The notes: generated by a model not told the origin, from the sequence alone. A stretch of DNA of 64,000 nt from an uncultured Gemmatimonadaceae bacterium (GCA_963781585.1 CAWAGQ010000010.1:160001-224000), one strand, 5' to 3'; counted from the stretch's first letter, positions 11,605 to 21,145 are shown. Translations and numbers: made by a program.

Positions 11605-11997
11605 ATGGCCACTTCAGTGCTACCCCAATCAGCTATCGCAAAGGGCGACGAGATATCTCCGGCGGTTAGCGTGAGCGGTGGAACGCTCGCGCGACAGGCG
11701 ACTCGGCGCAGTTGTACCAAGCTGATCCGATTCACAGCAGAGGAACTCAACGTGGTCATGGCGCGAGCGGCGGCCACTGGACGCCCAGCTGCGTGCTTCA
11801 TCCGTGAGAGTGCGATGGGTCAGAAGCCGAAGGCCAGGATCGGCACGCTCGGCGACGCAGTGGTTCATCAACTGGGACGGGTTGCCATGCGCTTGGAGGA
11901 ACTCTCTGTCGCTGCCAAAACCGCCGGGCTCACGAACGCAGCGGAGTTTGACGCAGTCGTTCGCGATTTGCTCGACACCATCCGAAGCATCGACTGA
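11605..11997 (+). CDS. mobC: MobC/NikA-like ribbon-helix-helix relaxosome accessory protein
   Basis: IRFTAEE...V.ARAAATG.P.A.FIRE.A.G and HQLGRV motifs; precedes a relaxase; real start may be GTG at 11671. Confidence 0.75.
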   Translation: MATSVLPQSAIAKGDEISPAVSVSGGTLARQATRRSCTKLIRFTAEELNVVMARAAATGRPAACFIRESAMGQKPKARIGTLGDAVVHQLGRVAMRLEELSVAAKTAGLTNAAEFDAVVRDLLDTIRSID

Positions 11998-12023
11998 CGC
12001 CGACGCGGGCCGAGGCCAGAACG

Positions 12024-12255
12024 ATGATCGCCGTTTCGAGCAAGAGCCGTAGCTTCGAGTCCCTCGGCAAGTATCTCGTCAATGCGAAAGATGGCGACGA
12101 GCAGGATCGCGTCGCGTGGAGCGCCTCTCGCAACCTGCCGACGGACGATCCGGAACTCGCGGCCAGGATCATGCGGGCAACAGCGGCGCAGAACGTTCGA
12201 GTCGACCAACCCGTCTATCACCTCACAATCAGCTTCGATCCCGGCGACCCTGTCG
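12024..12255 (+). pseudogene. Truncated MOBP/VirD2-type relaxase (N-terminal ~77 aa only)
   Basis: Motif I (SFESLGKYL) and motif II (PVYHLTISFDPGD) present; no HxH motif III; sequence then becomes the antisense of the helicase stub. Confidence 0.8.
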
Positions 12256-12256
12256 G

Positions 12257-12952
12257 GTCGCACACGATCAGGTCCCAACGGCAGTCGGGAACCGCGAGCT
12301 TGACCTGCACATCTTCGTCACGGGACAGCTTGTCGAGACGTGCGATCACGAGGTTGTTTTCGAGGAACCAGTTTCCCGTCCGCGCGGCTTCCAGCTTGTC
12401 GTTCGTCAGAATCTCAAACGGGAGGTGGAAGCGGCGGAATAGCTCGTCCTGCCACTGCTCCGCGAGACTACCTGGACAGACGATGAGACAGCGTTGCAAA
12501 TCACCACGCGCGAGGAGTTCCTTGATGAACAGGCCCGCCATGATCGTCTTGCCGGCACCGGGATCGTCGGCGAGAAGGAATCGGAGCGGCTGGCGCGGCA
12601 ACATTGCTTCGTATACCGCTGTGATCTGGTGGGGAAGCGGGTCAACGAGTGAGGTATGGACGGCGAGTACCGGGTCGAACAGGTGCGCCAGCCGAATTCG
12701 GTGGGCCTCAGACACGAGCCGAAAGAGCTCGCCGTCGCCGTCAAAGCTCCACGCGCGTCCCTGCTCGACTACTTCGAGCCGTGGCTCGTCGTGCCGATAC
12801 AGAAGCTGATTCGCTACGCGACCGGCCGGGTCCTTGTACGTGAGTTCGAGCGCCTCGGATCCGAACCACTGGACGTTCACGACCGTGACGATGCAGTCCG
12901 GGAGGACGCCGCGGACGGAGGCGCTTGGCTGCAGGTCCTGAAGCTTGCTCAT
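12257..12952 (-). pseudogene. Truncated SNF2-family helicase/ATPase (N-terminal ~232 aa)
   Basis: PLPHQ, LLADDPGAGKT (Walker A), QWQDEL; breaks at WDLIVCD just before the E of DEAH; ATG overlaps the peptidase stop. Confidence 0.85.
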
Positions 12953-14022
12953 CGGCGAGCGTCGCGAGCCGCGACCATCGTGATGAAAGCGTAGACGTAC
13001 GGGCCGCGCCGTGCCGCGTGGACACGGATTGGGAGCGCCGGCAGCGCGCCCGTCGACGAGTCTTCCCACCAACTTTGATCTTCCTGAGCGGTGAGGTCGG
13101 TTTCCGTCGCCGACTCGAACGCCTTGTAGAGAACAGAACGCTGCGGCACGCGCATGTTCGGCCTGATCGCGAATCCGGCGTCGTCGGCGAACTCGTTTGG
13201 CACCACCTTCACCGCGCGGAGCTTCGCCGTCGGTCCGGGGGCGAAGGCGAAGCTCTGCTGCCCCGAACGGCGGAAACGATCTTCGGCCCTCTTGAAGGCC
13301 ATCTCTGCTTCAACGAGCAACATCGGCCGATCCTGCAAGTGCAGGCACGCCATCCCTGACGCGAAGATGCTCGGCGTGGGATCGATCGTTGCCCGCGCGG
13401 CCTCAAGAGCGCGAAAGGTCACGCCATGCTCACCGATGGCTGCATCCAGCATGGGCCGGAACAAGGGCTCGTAGAAAGCTAGATGTCCGGCGACGTGATC
13501 GACTACGGTCTCGATCGGATCCTTCTTCACTTCCGTGAAGGTGGGAGTCCGTCGGAATCCTGTGAATGCGAGCTGAGCGGGATGGAGCACGAGATGTGTG
13601 ATCTCGTGCCACGCCGTGAAGTAAGCCCGTGCGGCGCGGGTTCCCCGAGCGTCCACAATCGCGAGATAGCGGGGCCGGTGGAGGTCTTCGGTCTCTCGTT
13701 CGAGCGTTATGCCTTCCGTCGTGTCCTTCACGAATTCCTGTTCCAGCTGCCGACTGAGGGCCGAATGGAATTCAGCGAACTTCGACGCGATAGTCCTCAC
13801 ATCCTCGTCAGATCGGATGTAATCGACTCGCACCCGGTACTTGTGGGAGAGTACGCCGAGGAGCGCACCGAGTGACTCGACCGGTATTGGCGCGTTCTCG
13901 ACGATGCTCCGGACCTGGTCCAACGCGAAGCGTCGGATGGCGGCGAGGCAATCGCCGCGCGTGCTTAACCCGAGCTCTTTGGCTAGAGTCACAACGCGTG
14001 GGTGGCGTGCGATCGGGGGCAT
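12949..14022 (-). CDS. ImmA/IrrE-family zinc metallopeptidase (CapP-like)
   Basis: RAYFTAWHEITH and downstream PIETVVD motif; follows an XRE gene; start may be 14022, 14073 or 14091. Confidence 0.82.
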   Translation of the reverse strand: MPPIARHPRVVTLAKELGLSTRGDCLAAIRRFALDQVRSIVENAPIPVESLGALLGVLSHKYRVRVDYIRSDEDVRTIASKFAEFHSALSRQLEQEFVKDTTEGITLERETEDLHRPRYLAIVDARGTRAARAYFTAWHEITHLVLHPAQLAFTGFRRTPTFTEVKKDPIETVVDHVAGHLAFYEPLFRPMLDAAIGEHGVTFRALEAARATIDPTPSIFASGMACLHLQDRPMLLVEAEMAFKRAEDRFRRSGQQSFAFAPGPTAKLRAVKVVPNEFADDAGFAIRPNMRVPQRSVLYKAFESATETDLTAQEDQSWWEDSSTGALPALPIRVHAARRGPYVYAFITMVAARDARR

Positions 14023-14048
14023 CGTGCTAGCGGAAGTGGCCGCTGCCG

Positions 14049-14498
14049 CTAACGCGGCGACTGCCTGAGCCATTCGTGTAGACGCCTCCACTGCTCCTTC
14101 GAGTAGGGGCGAGCATTGTCATCACCTCCGGGCGACCCACTGCGGCGTGCGACCACCATTCCGCGTGCGCTAAGGAGCTGGCGCGCCTCCTGAAGGGACA
14201 AGTTCTCCTCTTCGGCGTACGTGGCCAACTCGGACGGAATCACTACTGGCTCTCGCTTCGGCCCGCGTGGAAGCTCTCCCTTGACGAGGTAATCCAGTGT
14301 CGTCTCTAGTGCGTCCGCCAAGCGCATAAGAGCATCGGCGCCCGGCTTTCGATGGCCGTTCTCCACCTCGCTAATGAAGGTGACGCTTATCTCTGCGTTC
14401 TTGGCCAGCTCTTGTTGCTTCAGCCCACGCTTTTCGCGGAGGTCTGCAACCCGGGCGCCGAGCGTTGCGGGAACGGAGGGTTTGCTGATGTTTGACAT
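14049..14498 (-). CDS. XRE-family HTH regulator (CapH/ImmR-like)
   Basis: LGARVADLREKRGLKQQELA...ISVTFISEVENG.RKP....L..LA.AL.TTLDYLV. Confidence 0.9.
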   Translation of the reverse strand: MSNISKPSVPATLGARVADLREKRGLKQQELAKNAEISVTFISEVENGHRKPGADALMRLADALETTLDYLVKGELPRGPKREPVVIPSELATYAEEENLSLQEARQLLSARGMVVARRSGSPGGDDNARPYSKEQWRRLHEWLRQSPR

Positions 14499-14535
14499 TT
14501 ACAGTATGCGCTAGTAGCTTACCGTATGATGTAAG
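14492..14535 (+). promoter_or_regulatory. Sigma70 promoter with operator repeats driving the Ubl-Qat operon
   Basis: TTGACA (14492-14497), 17 bp, TAGCTT (14515-14520); TTACMGTATG direct repeat at 14499 and 14519; CTTAC-N8-GTAAG dyad. Confidence 0.65.
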
Positions 14536-14630
14536 TCACCGAAGGCGATCGTATCAAAGATGCACGAAGGCCGACCGGGTGGCAAGGAACTTCAACGTGG
14601 GTTGCGCCGTTCGGCGCGGAGGATTCGAAA

Positions 14631-14942
14631 ATGGGTGAACAGGCGAGTGCAGGGGGAGCAGGGGCTGGAGTCGCGCCGCACGGCAACAGTGGCCAGGGCG
14701 ACGGTCACCGGCAGGATGTTGTCGAGATCACGATCAACAACAAGCCGTACCAGATCCATCGCGGTCGGCAGACGGTCCTCGCCATCAAGACGCTGGGCGG
14801 CGTTCCGCAAGCCGATGAACTTGCGCAGGTGGTCGAGGGAAACACGCCTCCGTTGACGCCACTCAAGGATGACGGCAGCGTGACCATCAAGGGCGGCGAG
14901 ATCTTCGTCTCCTACCCGAGGGACAGCGGGTCCTCCAACTGA
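14631..14942 (+). CDS. Ubiquitin-like (multiubiquitin-domain/beta-grasp) protein, BubA/BilA-like
   Basis: VEITINNKPY.I..G..TV..IK.LGGV.....L....L..DD.V.IKGGE.FVS pattern; tail RDSGSSN; Gly-rich N-terminus. Confidence 0.8.
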   Translation: MGEQASAGGAGAGVAPHGNSGQGDGHRQDVVEITINNKPYQIHRGRQTVLAIKTLGGVPQADELAQVVEGNTPPLTPLKDDGSVTIKGGEIFVSYPRDSGSSN

Positions 14943-14944
14943 CG

Positions 14945-15283
14945 ATGTCGTTTCCAGGCGAACAGGTGGCGGAGCTGAGCGCGCTATACCCCGGACTCCA
15001 GCAGGCGACGGAGGCCGGGGTGCTCTACTTCTTGATCCCCAGCCTCGCGCTCCCGGCCGGATGTTCCGCGGCAAGCGTGGACGCGCTCCTATGTCCGACT
15101 CAAAGGGAAGGGTACGAATCCCGGCTGTTTCTCTCGAAACAGATTACCTGTGCGGCCACTCGGAATTGGAACGCATCGAACATTCGCGTTCTGGAGCGTA
15201 ACTGGTTCGCGGTATCGTGGAAGACGCGTTCGGGGTTGCGACTCGCGCAGATGGTAAGCGCGCACATCGAGGCGTTTCGCTGA
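14945..15283 (+). CDS. Prokaryotic E2-like protein (BubB-like)
   Basis: EAGVLYFLIP.L.LP.GC....DALLCP...GY.SRLF....NWN...LERNWFAVSW; lies between the Ubl and JAB-E1 genes. Confidence 0.72.
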   Translation: MSFPGEQVAELSALYPGLQQATEAGVLYFLIPSLALPAGCSAASVDALLCPTQREGYESRLFLSKQITCAATRNWNASNIRVLERNWFAVSWKTRSGLRLAQMVSAHIEAFR

Positions 15284-16689
15284 TGACGATGAGACGAGGT
15301 AGAATAGCGAGGCACGTCGCGCGCGACGCGCACACATACAGCGAGCCCCCCGTCGGCGCCGCGATTCTGCGGATCCCGAACACGATCGCCGACCGAGTTC
15401 GGGACGACCTGCGGCGGCCCCATCGATTCGCGGCGGAGCGCATCGGATTTCTGAGCGCGGCGGTCGGGCCCACTGAGGCCGGCCTCGTGATAGTCGCGGC
15501 GGAGTATTACACCGTCGCCGACGAGCACTACGTTCCCGGGCGTGGAGCCGGTGGTCGCATTGGTGTCCAGGCGATCCGAGAGGCAATGACGCGCGCGATC
15601 GCGTCTGGCCTCGGCATCTTCCATGTGCATCTCCATGAGCACAGCGGGGTCCCGTCGTTCAGCCCCACCGACCGCGCCGAGCAGACGCGCCTCGTGCAGA
15701 GCCTGAACGCTGCCTCTCCAAACCGGCCGCACGGCATGATCGTGCTTAGCGCCGACGGTGCGAATGCTTGGATATGGATGCCTGGCGAGACGGTACCGTC
15801 CGTTCCTGCGCGCCTGGCGTTGGTCGGCTACCCGATGCACTTGGTTGGCGGCGCCACTCGGCGTCGGAACCGCCGAGCGGGCGATCGGTACTCTCGACAG
15901 TCGTTCCTCGGGCCCGAGAGTGAAGAGCAGCTTGGTACCGTTCGGATCGGATTGCTGGGATTCGGCGGCGGCGGGTCACACGTGGGTCAGCAGCTTGCTC
16001 ACCTCGGCGCGGAGAGCGTACGCGTTGCAGATGGTGACCGAATCGACGATTCGAACCTGAATCGGCTCGTCGGTGCGACCGCGGGCGACGTCCGCGCCAA
16101 GCGCCTCAAAGTCGATATCGCAAGGCGCATCGTCTCTGCGGTGAACCAGCAAGCGGACGTCATTACACATGACGGGCCCTGGCAGGAGCGTGCCGACCTG
16201 TTCCGCTCCTGTGACATCCTCGTTGGGTGTGTCGACTCGTTCAAGCAGCGGCAAGAAGCCGAGGTGCTCGCTCGGCGCTTCGCGATTCCATACATCGACA
16301 TTGGCATGGACGTTCATCAGGTCGACGACGATCCGCCGCGCATCGGCGGTCAGCTAATACTGTCGATGCCGGGCGGCCCCTGCATGACCTGTTTCGGATT
16401 CCTCACGCCAGAAAAACTCGCGAGCGAGGCGGCGCGGTACGGCGATGCGGGCGGTCGGCCGCAGGTCGTCTGGCCGAACGGAGTCCTCGCGTCCTCAGCC
16501 GTCGGCGTTATCGTTGATCTCGTGACGGGCTGGACGCGGATGCGAGATCGGATCGTGTACCTCTCGTACGACGGGAATCTTGGGACGCTCACGGATCACG
16601 TTCGCCTGCGCCACCTTCGATGGAGTTCGTGCCCGCACTTTCCGGAGGGCGCGGTCGGGATGCCGCGATTCACGCCAGCGCGAGCGTAG
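15283..16689 (+). CDS. JAB/MPN-like domain fused to ThiF/E1 adenylation enzyme (BubC-D-like)
   Basis: N-half ERIGF...HVHLHEH...FSPTD; C-half RYSRQ, GFGGGGS, SNLNRL, GCVDS, IDIG, CMTC, CPH; TGATG coupling to E2. Confidence 0.85.
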   Translation: MTMRRGRIARHVARDAHTYSEPPVGAAILRIPNTIADRVRDDLRRPHRFAAERIGFLSAAVGPTEAGLVIVAAEYYTVADEHYVPGRGAGGRIGVQAIREAMTRAIASGLGIFHVHLHEHSGVPSFSPTDRAEQTRLVQSLNAASPNRPHGMIVLSADGANAWIWMPGETVPSVPARLALVGYPMHLVGGATRRRNRRAGDRYSRQSFLGPESEEQLGTVRIGLLGFGGGGSHVGQQLAHLGAESVRVADGDRIDDSNLNRLVGATAGDVRAKRLKVDIARRIVSAVNQQADVITHDGPWQERADLFRSCDILVGCVDSFKQRQEAEVLARRFAIPYIDIGMDVHQVDDDPPRIGGQLILSMPGGPCMTCFGFLTPEKLASEAARYGDAGGRPQVVWPNGVLASSAVGVIVDLVTGWTRMRDRIVYLSYDGNLGTLTDHVRLRHLRWSSCPHFPEGAVGMPRFTPARA

Positions 16690-16776
16690 CGTAGCGCATT
16701 GGTCCGACGAATCCACTCGCGCTCGACGTACTGACACGCATTTCGTAGCCAACCAGTTTCGAGAGGACAGGCCTGG

Positions 16777-18780
16777 ATGTGGTCCGATAACGAAGCCGAA
16801 ATCGACCTCCTCAATGTTGAACACCTTGTTGGTGCGGTTCTCCGCGTCGTCAGGGATGATCGCCTCGACCCAGTCACGGTCGGTGTATACGGCGACTGGG
16901 GAAGCGGGAAGTCCAGCGTTATCCAGCTACTTCGTCAGCGCATCGCGACGGAGCCGGATCTACTCGCCGTGTACTTCAATGGATGGCGTTTCGAGGGCTA
17001 CGAGGACGCTAAGGCGGCGTTGGCCTCGACCATACTGGAGCAGATCCAAGAGGAAGCGGCGAAGCCGAACGGCGGGAAGTTTGCTCGGGCGAAAGACGCA
17101 GTCGTTGCTGCAGTGAGCGGCCTCTGGGATCGCGTGGACAAATTGCGGTTGAGCAAGCAGGCGCTGACAGTCGGTGCAAACGCCGGGCTCGCCGCTGGAG
17201 CGCTGGCAATCGGCGCTACGGCAGCTGTGCCAGTTACTGCGGCCGCGATCTTCGGCGTCGTGGTCAAGTCATTGCTCCACTCCGGTAAGGAGATCGACGG
17301 CGAGAAGCTCGCCGAACTGATCAAGGAGCGTGAAAAGGCCGAATCGAAGGACCAGCGCGACATGCACGTCTCGGTGCGGGACTTCCACAAGGAGTTCGCC
17401 AAGCTCGTTGCGCAGCTCGGCGTCAAGCGGCTTGTCGTGATAGTTGACGATCTCGACCGGTGCCTTCCGCACAACGTTATCGAGACTCTCGAGGCGATCC
17501 GGCTCTTTCTGGCTGCGCCGAAGACTGCCTTCGTCATCGCGGCCGACGAAGCGCTGATTCGGGAGGCCGTCGGGTATCGGTTTGCTGAACCGACGCCGGT
17601 GCTTGGAGCCGAGGGACGCCCGCGAGCGTCGATCGGAGCGCGTTATCTGGAGAAATTGATCCAGGTGCCAATCCGGGTTCCTCCCTTGTCACGGAGCGAC
17701 CTACACGGGTACCTGAACCTCCTCTTCGCGGAGGAACGGTCCGCGAATGCGGCCAGCTTCGCGCAGCTCGCCGGGCGCGTGCGCAGCGCGTCATCCTACG
17801 ACGTCATCTCGTTCCATCCGGGCAACGCTGAGAATCTCTTGGGAGGGCCGATCAGCGATGACCTCAAGGCGGATTTCGTCTTGGCCGAACAGATAGCTCC
17901 GGTGCTGGCACTCACGGCGGAAGGAAACCCGCGCCAGACGAAGCGGTTTCTCAATGCACTCGTCTTACGGTTGGAGATGGCCCATGCTCGCGGCATGACG
18001 CTTGATCGCCAGGTAGCAGCGAAACTTCTACTTCTCGAATACTTCTTGCCCGAGCTGTTTCGCTCGCTCGCCCTTGAGGTTGCGGCCAACGAGGGGCAGT
18101 CCCCATCACTGGCAGCTCTTGAGGCAGACGCGCGAACGATTGGTACGACTGCGGGCGGCGGTGTGCGAGACGGCGTCGGGACCGGAAGCACCTTCGCGAC
18201 GCAGGCGGCGGCAATGCGGGCAAGCGACCGGTTCCTCACTTGGGTGCGTACGGACCCTGAACTCGGAAATCTGGATTTGCGGCCGTACGTGTATTTCGCA
18301 AGCGAGCGCTACGCGCTGCCCGTCGGTGTGGCGCAGCGATTGAGCCCATCCGGAGCCCGGGCGCTTCAGGACCTGCGCTCAGATAGCGAGGCGCTGCACC
18401 AGAAGGCTGCCGAGGCCGCAACAGGTCTCCCGCTTCCTGAGCTAACCGCAATCATCGGCGAGTTGACTGCCTACGCTCGAACGGGTCGAGTTAACCTCGA
18501 TGAGCGTACGTCACCACTCTCGGCGATGGTCGAAGTCGCCAAGCGCCGCCCTGACGTCGCTCCTGACGTTCTTGCGTCGATTCTCGGCCTGCCATCCGAC
18601 ATGGTGCCGGTTGCGGCTCCGGTGCTCGTAAATGCTCTCGGCAGCGTCGCTGGTATGCGGGACGCCGCGACGAGCGCTCTTGAGACGCTTGCTTCCTCAC
18701 CGAACAAGGCGGTCAAGGCTGCGGCCGAGGGTCGCCTTCGGGCCGTGCGTGACGGGTCAGCCGCGAATCGGGGGCGGTAG
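16777..18780 (+). CDS. qatA: Qat system KAP-family P-loop NTPase QatA
   Basis: MWSDNE..DLLN start, GVYGDWGSGKSS, LVVIVDDLDRC, YLEKLIQVP, NPRQ.KRFLN; gene order A-B-C-D. Confidence 0.92.
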   Translation: MWSDNEAEIDLLNVEHLVGAVLRVVRDDRLDPVTVGVYGDWGSGKSSVIQLLRQRIATEPDLLAVYFNGWRFEGYEDAKAALASTILEQIQEEAAKPNGGKFARAKDAVVAAVSGLWDRVDKLRLSKQALTVGANAGLAAGALAIGATAAVPVTAAAIFGVVVKSLLHSGKEIDGEKLAELIKEREKAESKDQRDMHVSVRDFHKEFAKLVAQLGVKRLVVIVDDLDRCLPHNVIETLEAIRLFLAAPKTAFVIAADEALIREAVGYRFAEPTPVLGAEGRPRASIGARYLEKLIQVPIRVPPLSRSDLHGYLNLLFAEERSANAASFAQLAGRVRSASSYDVISFHPGNAENLLGGPISDDLKADFVLAEQIAPVLALTAEGNPRQTKRFLNALVLRLEMAHARGMTLDRQVAAKLLLLEYFLPELFRSLALEVAANEGQSPSLAALEADARTIGTTAGGGVRDGVGTGSTFATQAAAMRASDRFLTWVRTDPELGNLDLRPYVYFASERYALPVGVAQRLSPSGARALQDLRSDSEALHQKAAEAATGLPLPELTAIIGELTAYARTGRVNLDERTSPLSAMVEVAKRRPDVAPDVLASILGLPSDMVPVAAPVLVNALGSVAGMRDAATSALETLASSPNKAVKAAAEGRLRAVRDGSAANRGR

Positions 18781-18782
18781 CT

Positions 18783-19736
18783 GTGGGCACCTCGACATCC
18801 AATCCAGGACCAATGGGACGCCCGTCGCTGCTACCGCCTTGGGCACCAGCCGCCGACGTCGGGGATGCTGGCGAAGGCGACCACGATCAAGGCGGCCAGC
18901 CGGACGATGGCAGCGCGAACGACGATGGACAGGGTGGAGCCAGTTCCGGTGATGTCGGCGCCGATTCGACCGGCACGGGGAGTGAGGCGGCTGGGCCTCC
19001 GTCGTGGATGTCGGTTCGTCGGCTCGTCGGAGCTGCGGGCTCAGGTCGCGCAGGGGGTCACCGAGGACGCGACAACCTGCATCGGGCGGTGCGGCGCTCA
19101 GTCGGTGCCATGGGCGGGCGCCGCGCAGCGGCGCACAGTGCGGTGGCTGGCCGCCAGACGGCCGGCCGGTTCGCGAGCTTTCTCGCTGGCGTCGCGGCCG
19201 GCGGCGTCGAGGCGGCGGCGGGGGCGCTGGGGATCGCCGAGCACCTCGGCGGAAGCGCGGATGTGTTCCTTCTTCACCTCGCCGACGCGCTTGCGCCGGC
19301 CGGCGCGCTGACGGAGGAAGCGATTGCACGAGACGCAATGGACGCCACGCTGATGGATCTGTATCAGCAGCTCAACATCGATGCCGACGGCGTCGTCGCC
19401 CTCGAGCGATTGTCCGCCGCGATGATGGCAGGGGCACTCGTCCAGTACGTGATCAATTACATCCATGCACGCGTGATCAATGCGCTTGCGGCGCACCTCC
19501 ATGCTTCTTCTTCAACGGTTAGCCGAATCGGAGACGCCGAGCGAACGGCCCGACGGTATATCGAGAGTGTGGTGCGGCAAGACATTGACACAAGCGCCTT
19601 CTTCGGCTCGAACGGTCAGTTACTCGCAGACCGATGGGACGCGGCTGCAGGCCAACGGATCATAAACCGCCTCTTTGAGGAAGCCTATCGAGTGGTTGAA
19701 GCTGGTCTGGCTCAATCACCGAGGGGGAGCGCGTGA
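18783..19736 (+). CDS. qatB: Qat system protein QatB
   Basis: MGTS N-terminus (GTG start), LLPPWA, acidic linker, helical C-domain; between qatA and qatC. Confidence 0.88.
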   Translation: MGTSTSNPGPMGRPSLLPPWAPAADVGDAGEGDHDQGGQPDDGSANDDGQGGASSGDVGADSTGTGSEAAGPPSWMSVRRLVGAAGSGRAGGHRGRDNLHRAVRRSVGAMGGRRAAAHSAVAGRQTAGRFASFLAGVAAGGVEAAAGALGIAEHLGGSADVFLLHLADALAPAGALTEEAIARDAMDATLMDLYQQLNIDADGVVALERLSAAMMAGALVQYVINYIHARVINALAAHLHASSSTVSRIGDAERTARRYIESVVRQDIDTSAFFGSNGQLLADRWDAAAGQRIINRLFEEAYRVVEAGLAQSPRGSA

Positions 19737-21139
19737 CGGCGCGTACGGCGTCTGCCATCCCGACCTATCGCGTGCTCCTCCGCGCCGGCGCCTCCGACGC
19801 AGCCAGCGTCGTCCCGAAGACGGGCGATATTCTGGTGGGACTCCGCATGGATGGTGCTCCCGGTGACGATGCCTCGCGGGTCGACGAATCGGTTTGGGAT
19901 ACCCTCTGGGCATTTGGATTGCGTCCGTCACAGCACGCCACCGACTTCTTCCGCGTGGCGACAGCGGCCTACTGCGCCGACCTTCTGATCCCGCACGAGA
20001 CCGCATTCGATCGCTGGTCGCGCGCGATCAGCCTGCACGTACCTGTCAGCGATCCGGCGCGTTGGCGCTCGGTCGAGGCGCCGCTTCGCGAAATGCTGGG
20101 CTTCCTCACCGGAGACCATTGGACGTTTGACTTCCGCGCGGTAGCTGTAGCACCACCTACGGGTCATGCGCACTTGCGGGGCCGATATGGCCCCGTCCGC
20201 GCAAGTCGGGTGAGCCTGCTGTCTGGCGGCCTCGATTCCGCCATTGGGGCCGCCGACCTGATCGACGCCGGAGAACAGGTGGCATTCGTTAGCCACAACG
20301 CCAAGAGTGGGGGCGCGGTCTTTTCGAGCCCCTCGCAGCGCGCTGTGCTCGACGTGCTTCGGCCGAGCGGGGTCGTGGGCCAAGTACATCACTTGCGTTT
20401 TCGGGTCAACCCGCCTGCCCCCATCCAAGGGATCACCGCTGCCGTCACGACGACCCGCAGTCGGTCGATCATGTTCTTCGCACTCGGTTTACTCGTGGCA
20501 AGCGCGTTGGACGCTGTTCAGCGCGACGGCCCGATCCCGCTCGTGATCCCGGAGAACGGATTGATTTCACTCAACGTGCCGCTCACGAAGGCACGGCTGG
20601 GAAGCTGGAGCACTCGTACGACTCACCCTCACACACTAGCGACGCTTCGGCTCGTGCTGGCTGGTCTCGGCCTCACGACGCCGCTCGTAACGCCGTATGC
20701 TACTGCGACGAAAGGCGAGGTCCTGGCATCGCTCGTCGCGCGAGGCCGCGAACGGGCAGAATTGCTAACCGCGGTGACTGTCTCGTGTGCCCACCCAAAC
20801 CAGAGCAGATTCTTGGAGCCTGGACGCCGCCAACCCCACTGTGGAACCTGCGTTCCGTGCATCATTCGACGTTCCGCCACGCAGCACGCGGGAATCGATG
20901 ACGCCAGATACAGCTTCAACCTGCCATCTGAGCTCACTGTCCTGCGGCGTGGTCGCGCCGAAGACCCGTCTGCATTCGCATATGCGCTGGCGACTCGTCG
21001 TCGACCGGCCCGGCCGCTCGACATCAACCTGGCCGGCCCTCTGCACGTCGATACTGATAATGACTTGCGCGCCCTTCTGCGGGTATTCGACGCCGGCATG
21101 GATGAGGTTGCGCGGTTTCTGGGCGTCGAAATCCGCTAG
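19733..21139 (+). CDS. qatC: Qat system QueC-like protein QatC
   Basis: SLLSGGLDS PP-loop, RSRS..F, PENG.ISLNVPL...STRTTHP, SCAH...HCGTCVPCIIRR. Confidence 0.93.
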   Translation: MTARTASAIPTYRVLLRAGASDAASVVPKTGDILVGLRMDGAPGDDASRVDESVWDTLWAFGLRPSQHATDFFRVATAAYCADLLIPHETAFDRWSRAISLHVPVSDPARWRSVEAPLREMLGFLTGDHWTFDFRAVAVAPPTGHAHLRGRYGPVRASRVSLLSGGLDSAIGAADLIDAGEQVAFVSHNAKSGGAVFSSPSQRAVLDVLRPSGVVGQVHHLRFRVNPPAPIQGITAAVTTTRSRSIMFFALGLLVASALDAVQRDGPIPLVIPENGLISLNVPLTKARLGSWSTRTTHPHTLATLRLVLAGLGLTTPLVTPYATATKGEVLASLVARGRERAELLTAVTVSCAHPNQSRFLEPGRRQPHCGTCVPCIIRRSATQHAGIDDARYSFNLPSELTVLRRGRAEDPSAFAYALATRRRPARPLDINLAGPLHVDTDNDLRALLRVFDAGMDEVARFLGVEIR

Positions 21140-21145
21140 CTGCCG

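Noticed and set aside
12024..12809. Full-length 261-aa relaxase as given in the ORF track
   Set aside because: After residue ~77 it is the antisense read of the helicase stub; no HxH motif
14945..16689. CBASS (Cap2/Cap3) or ThiF/MoeB cofactor biosynthesis
   Set aside because: No CD-NTase, effector or thiamine/molybdopterin genes; the context is a stand-alone Ubl-E2-JAB/E1 operon
19733..21139. Housekeeping queuosine biosynthesis QueC
   Set aside because: About twice QueC length, carries QatC-type motifs and is flanked by qatA, qatB and qatD
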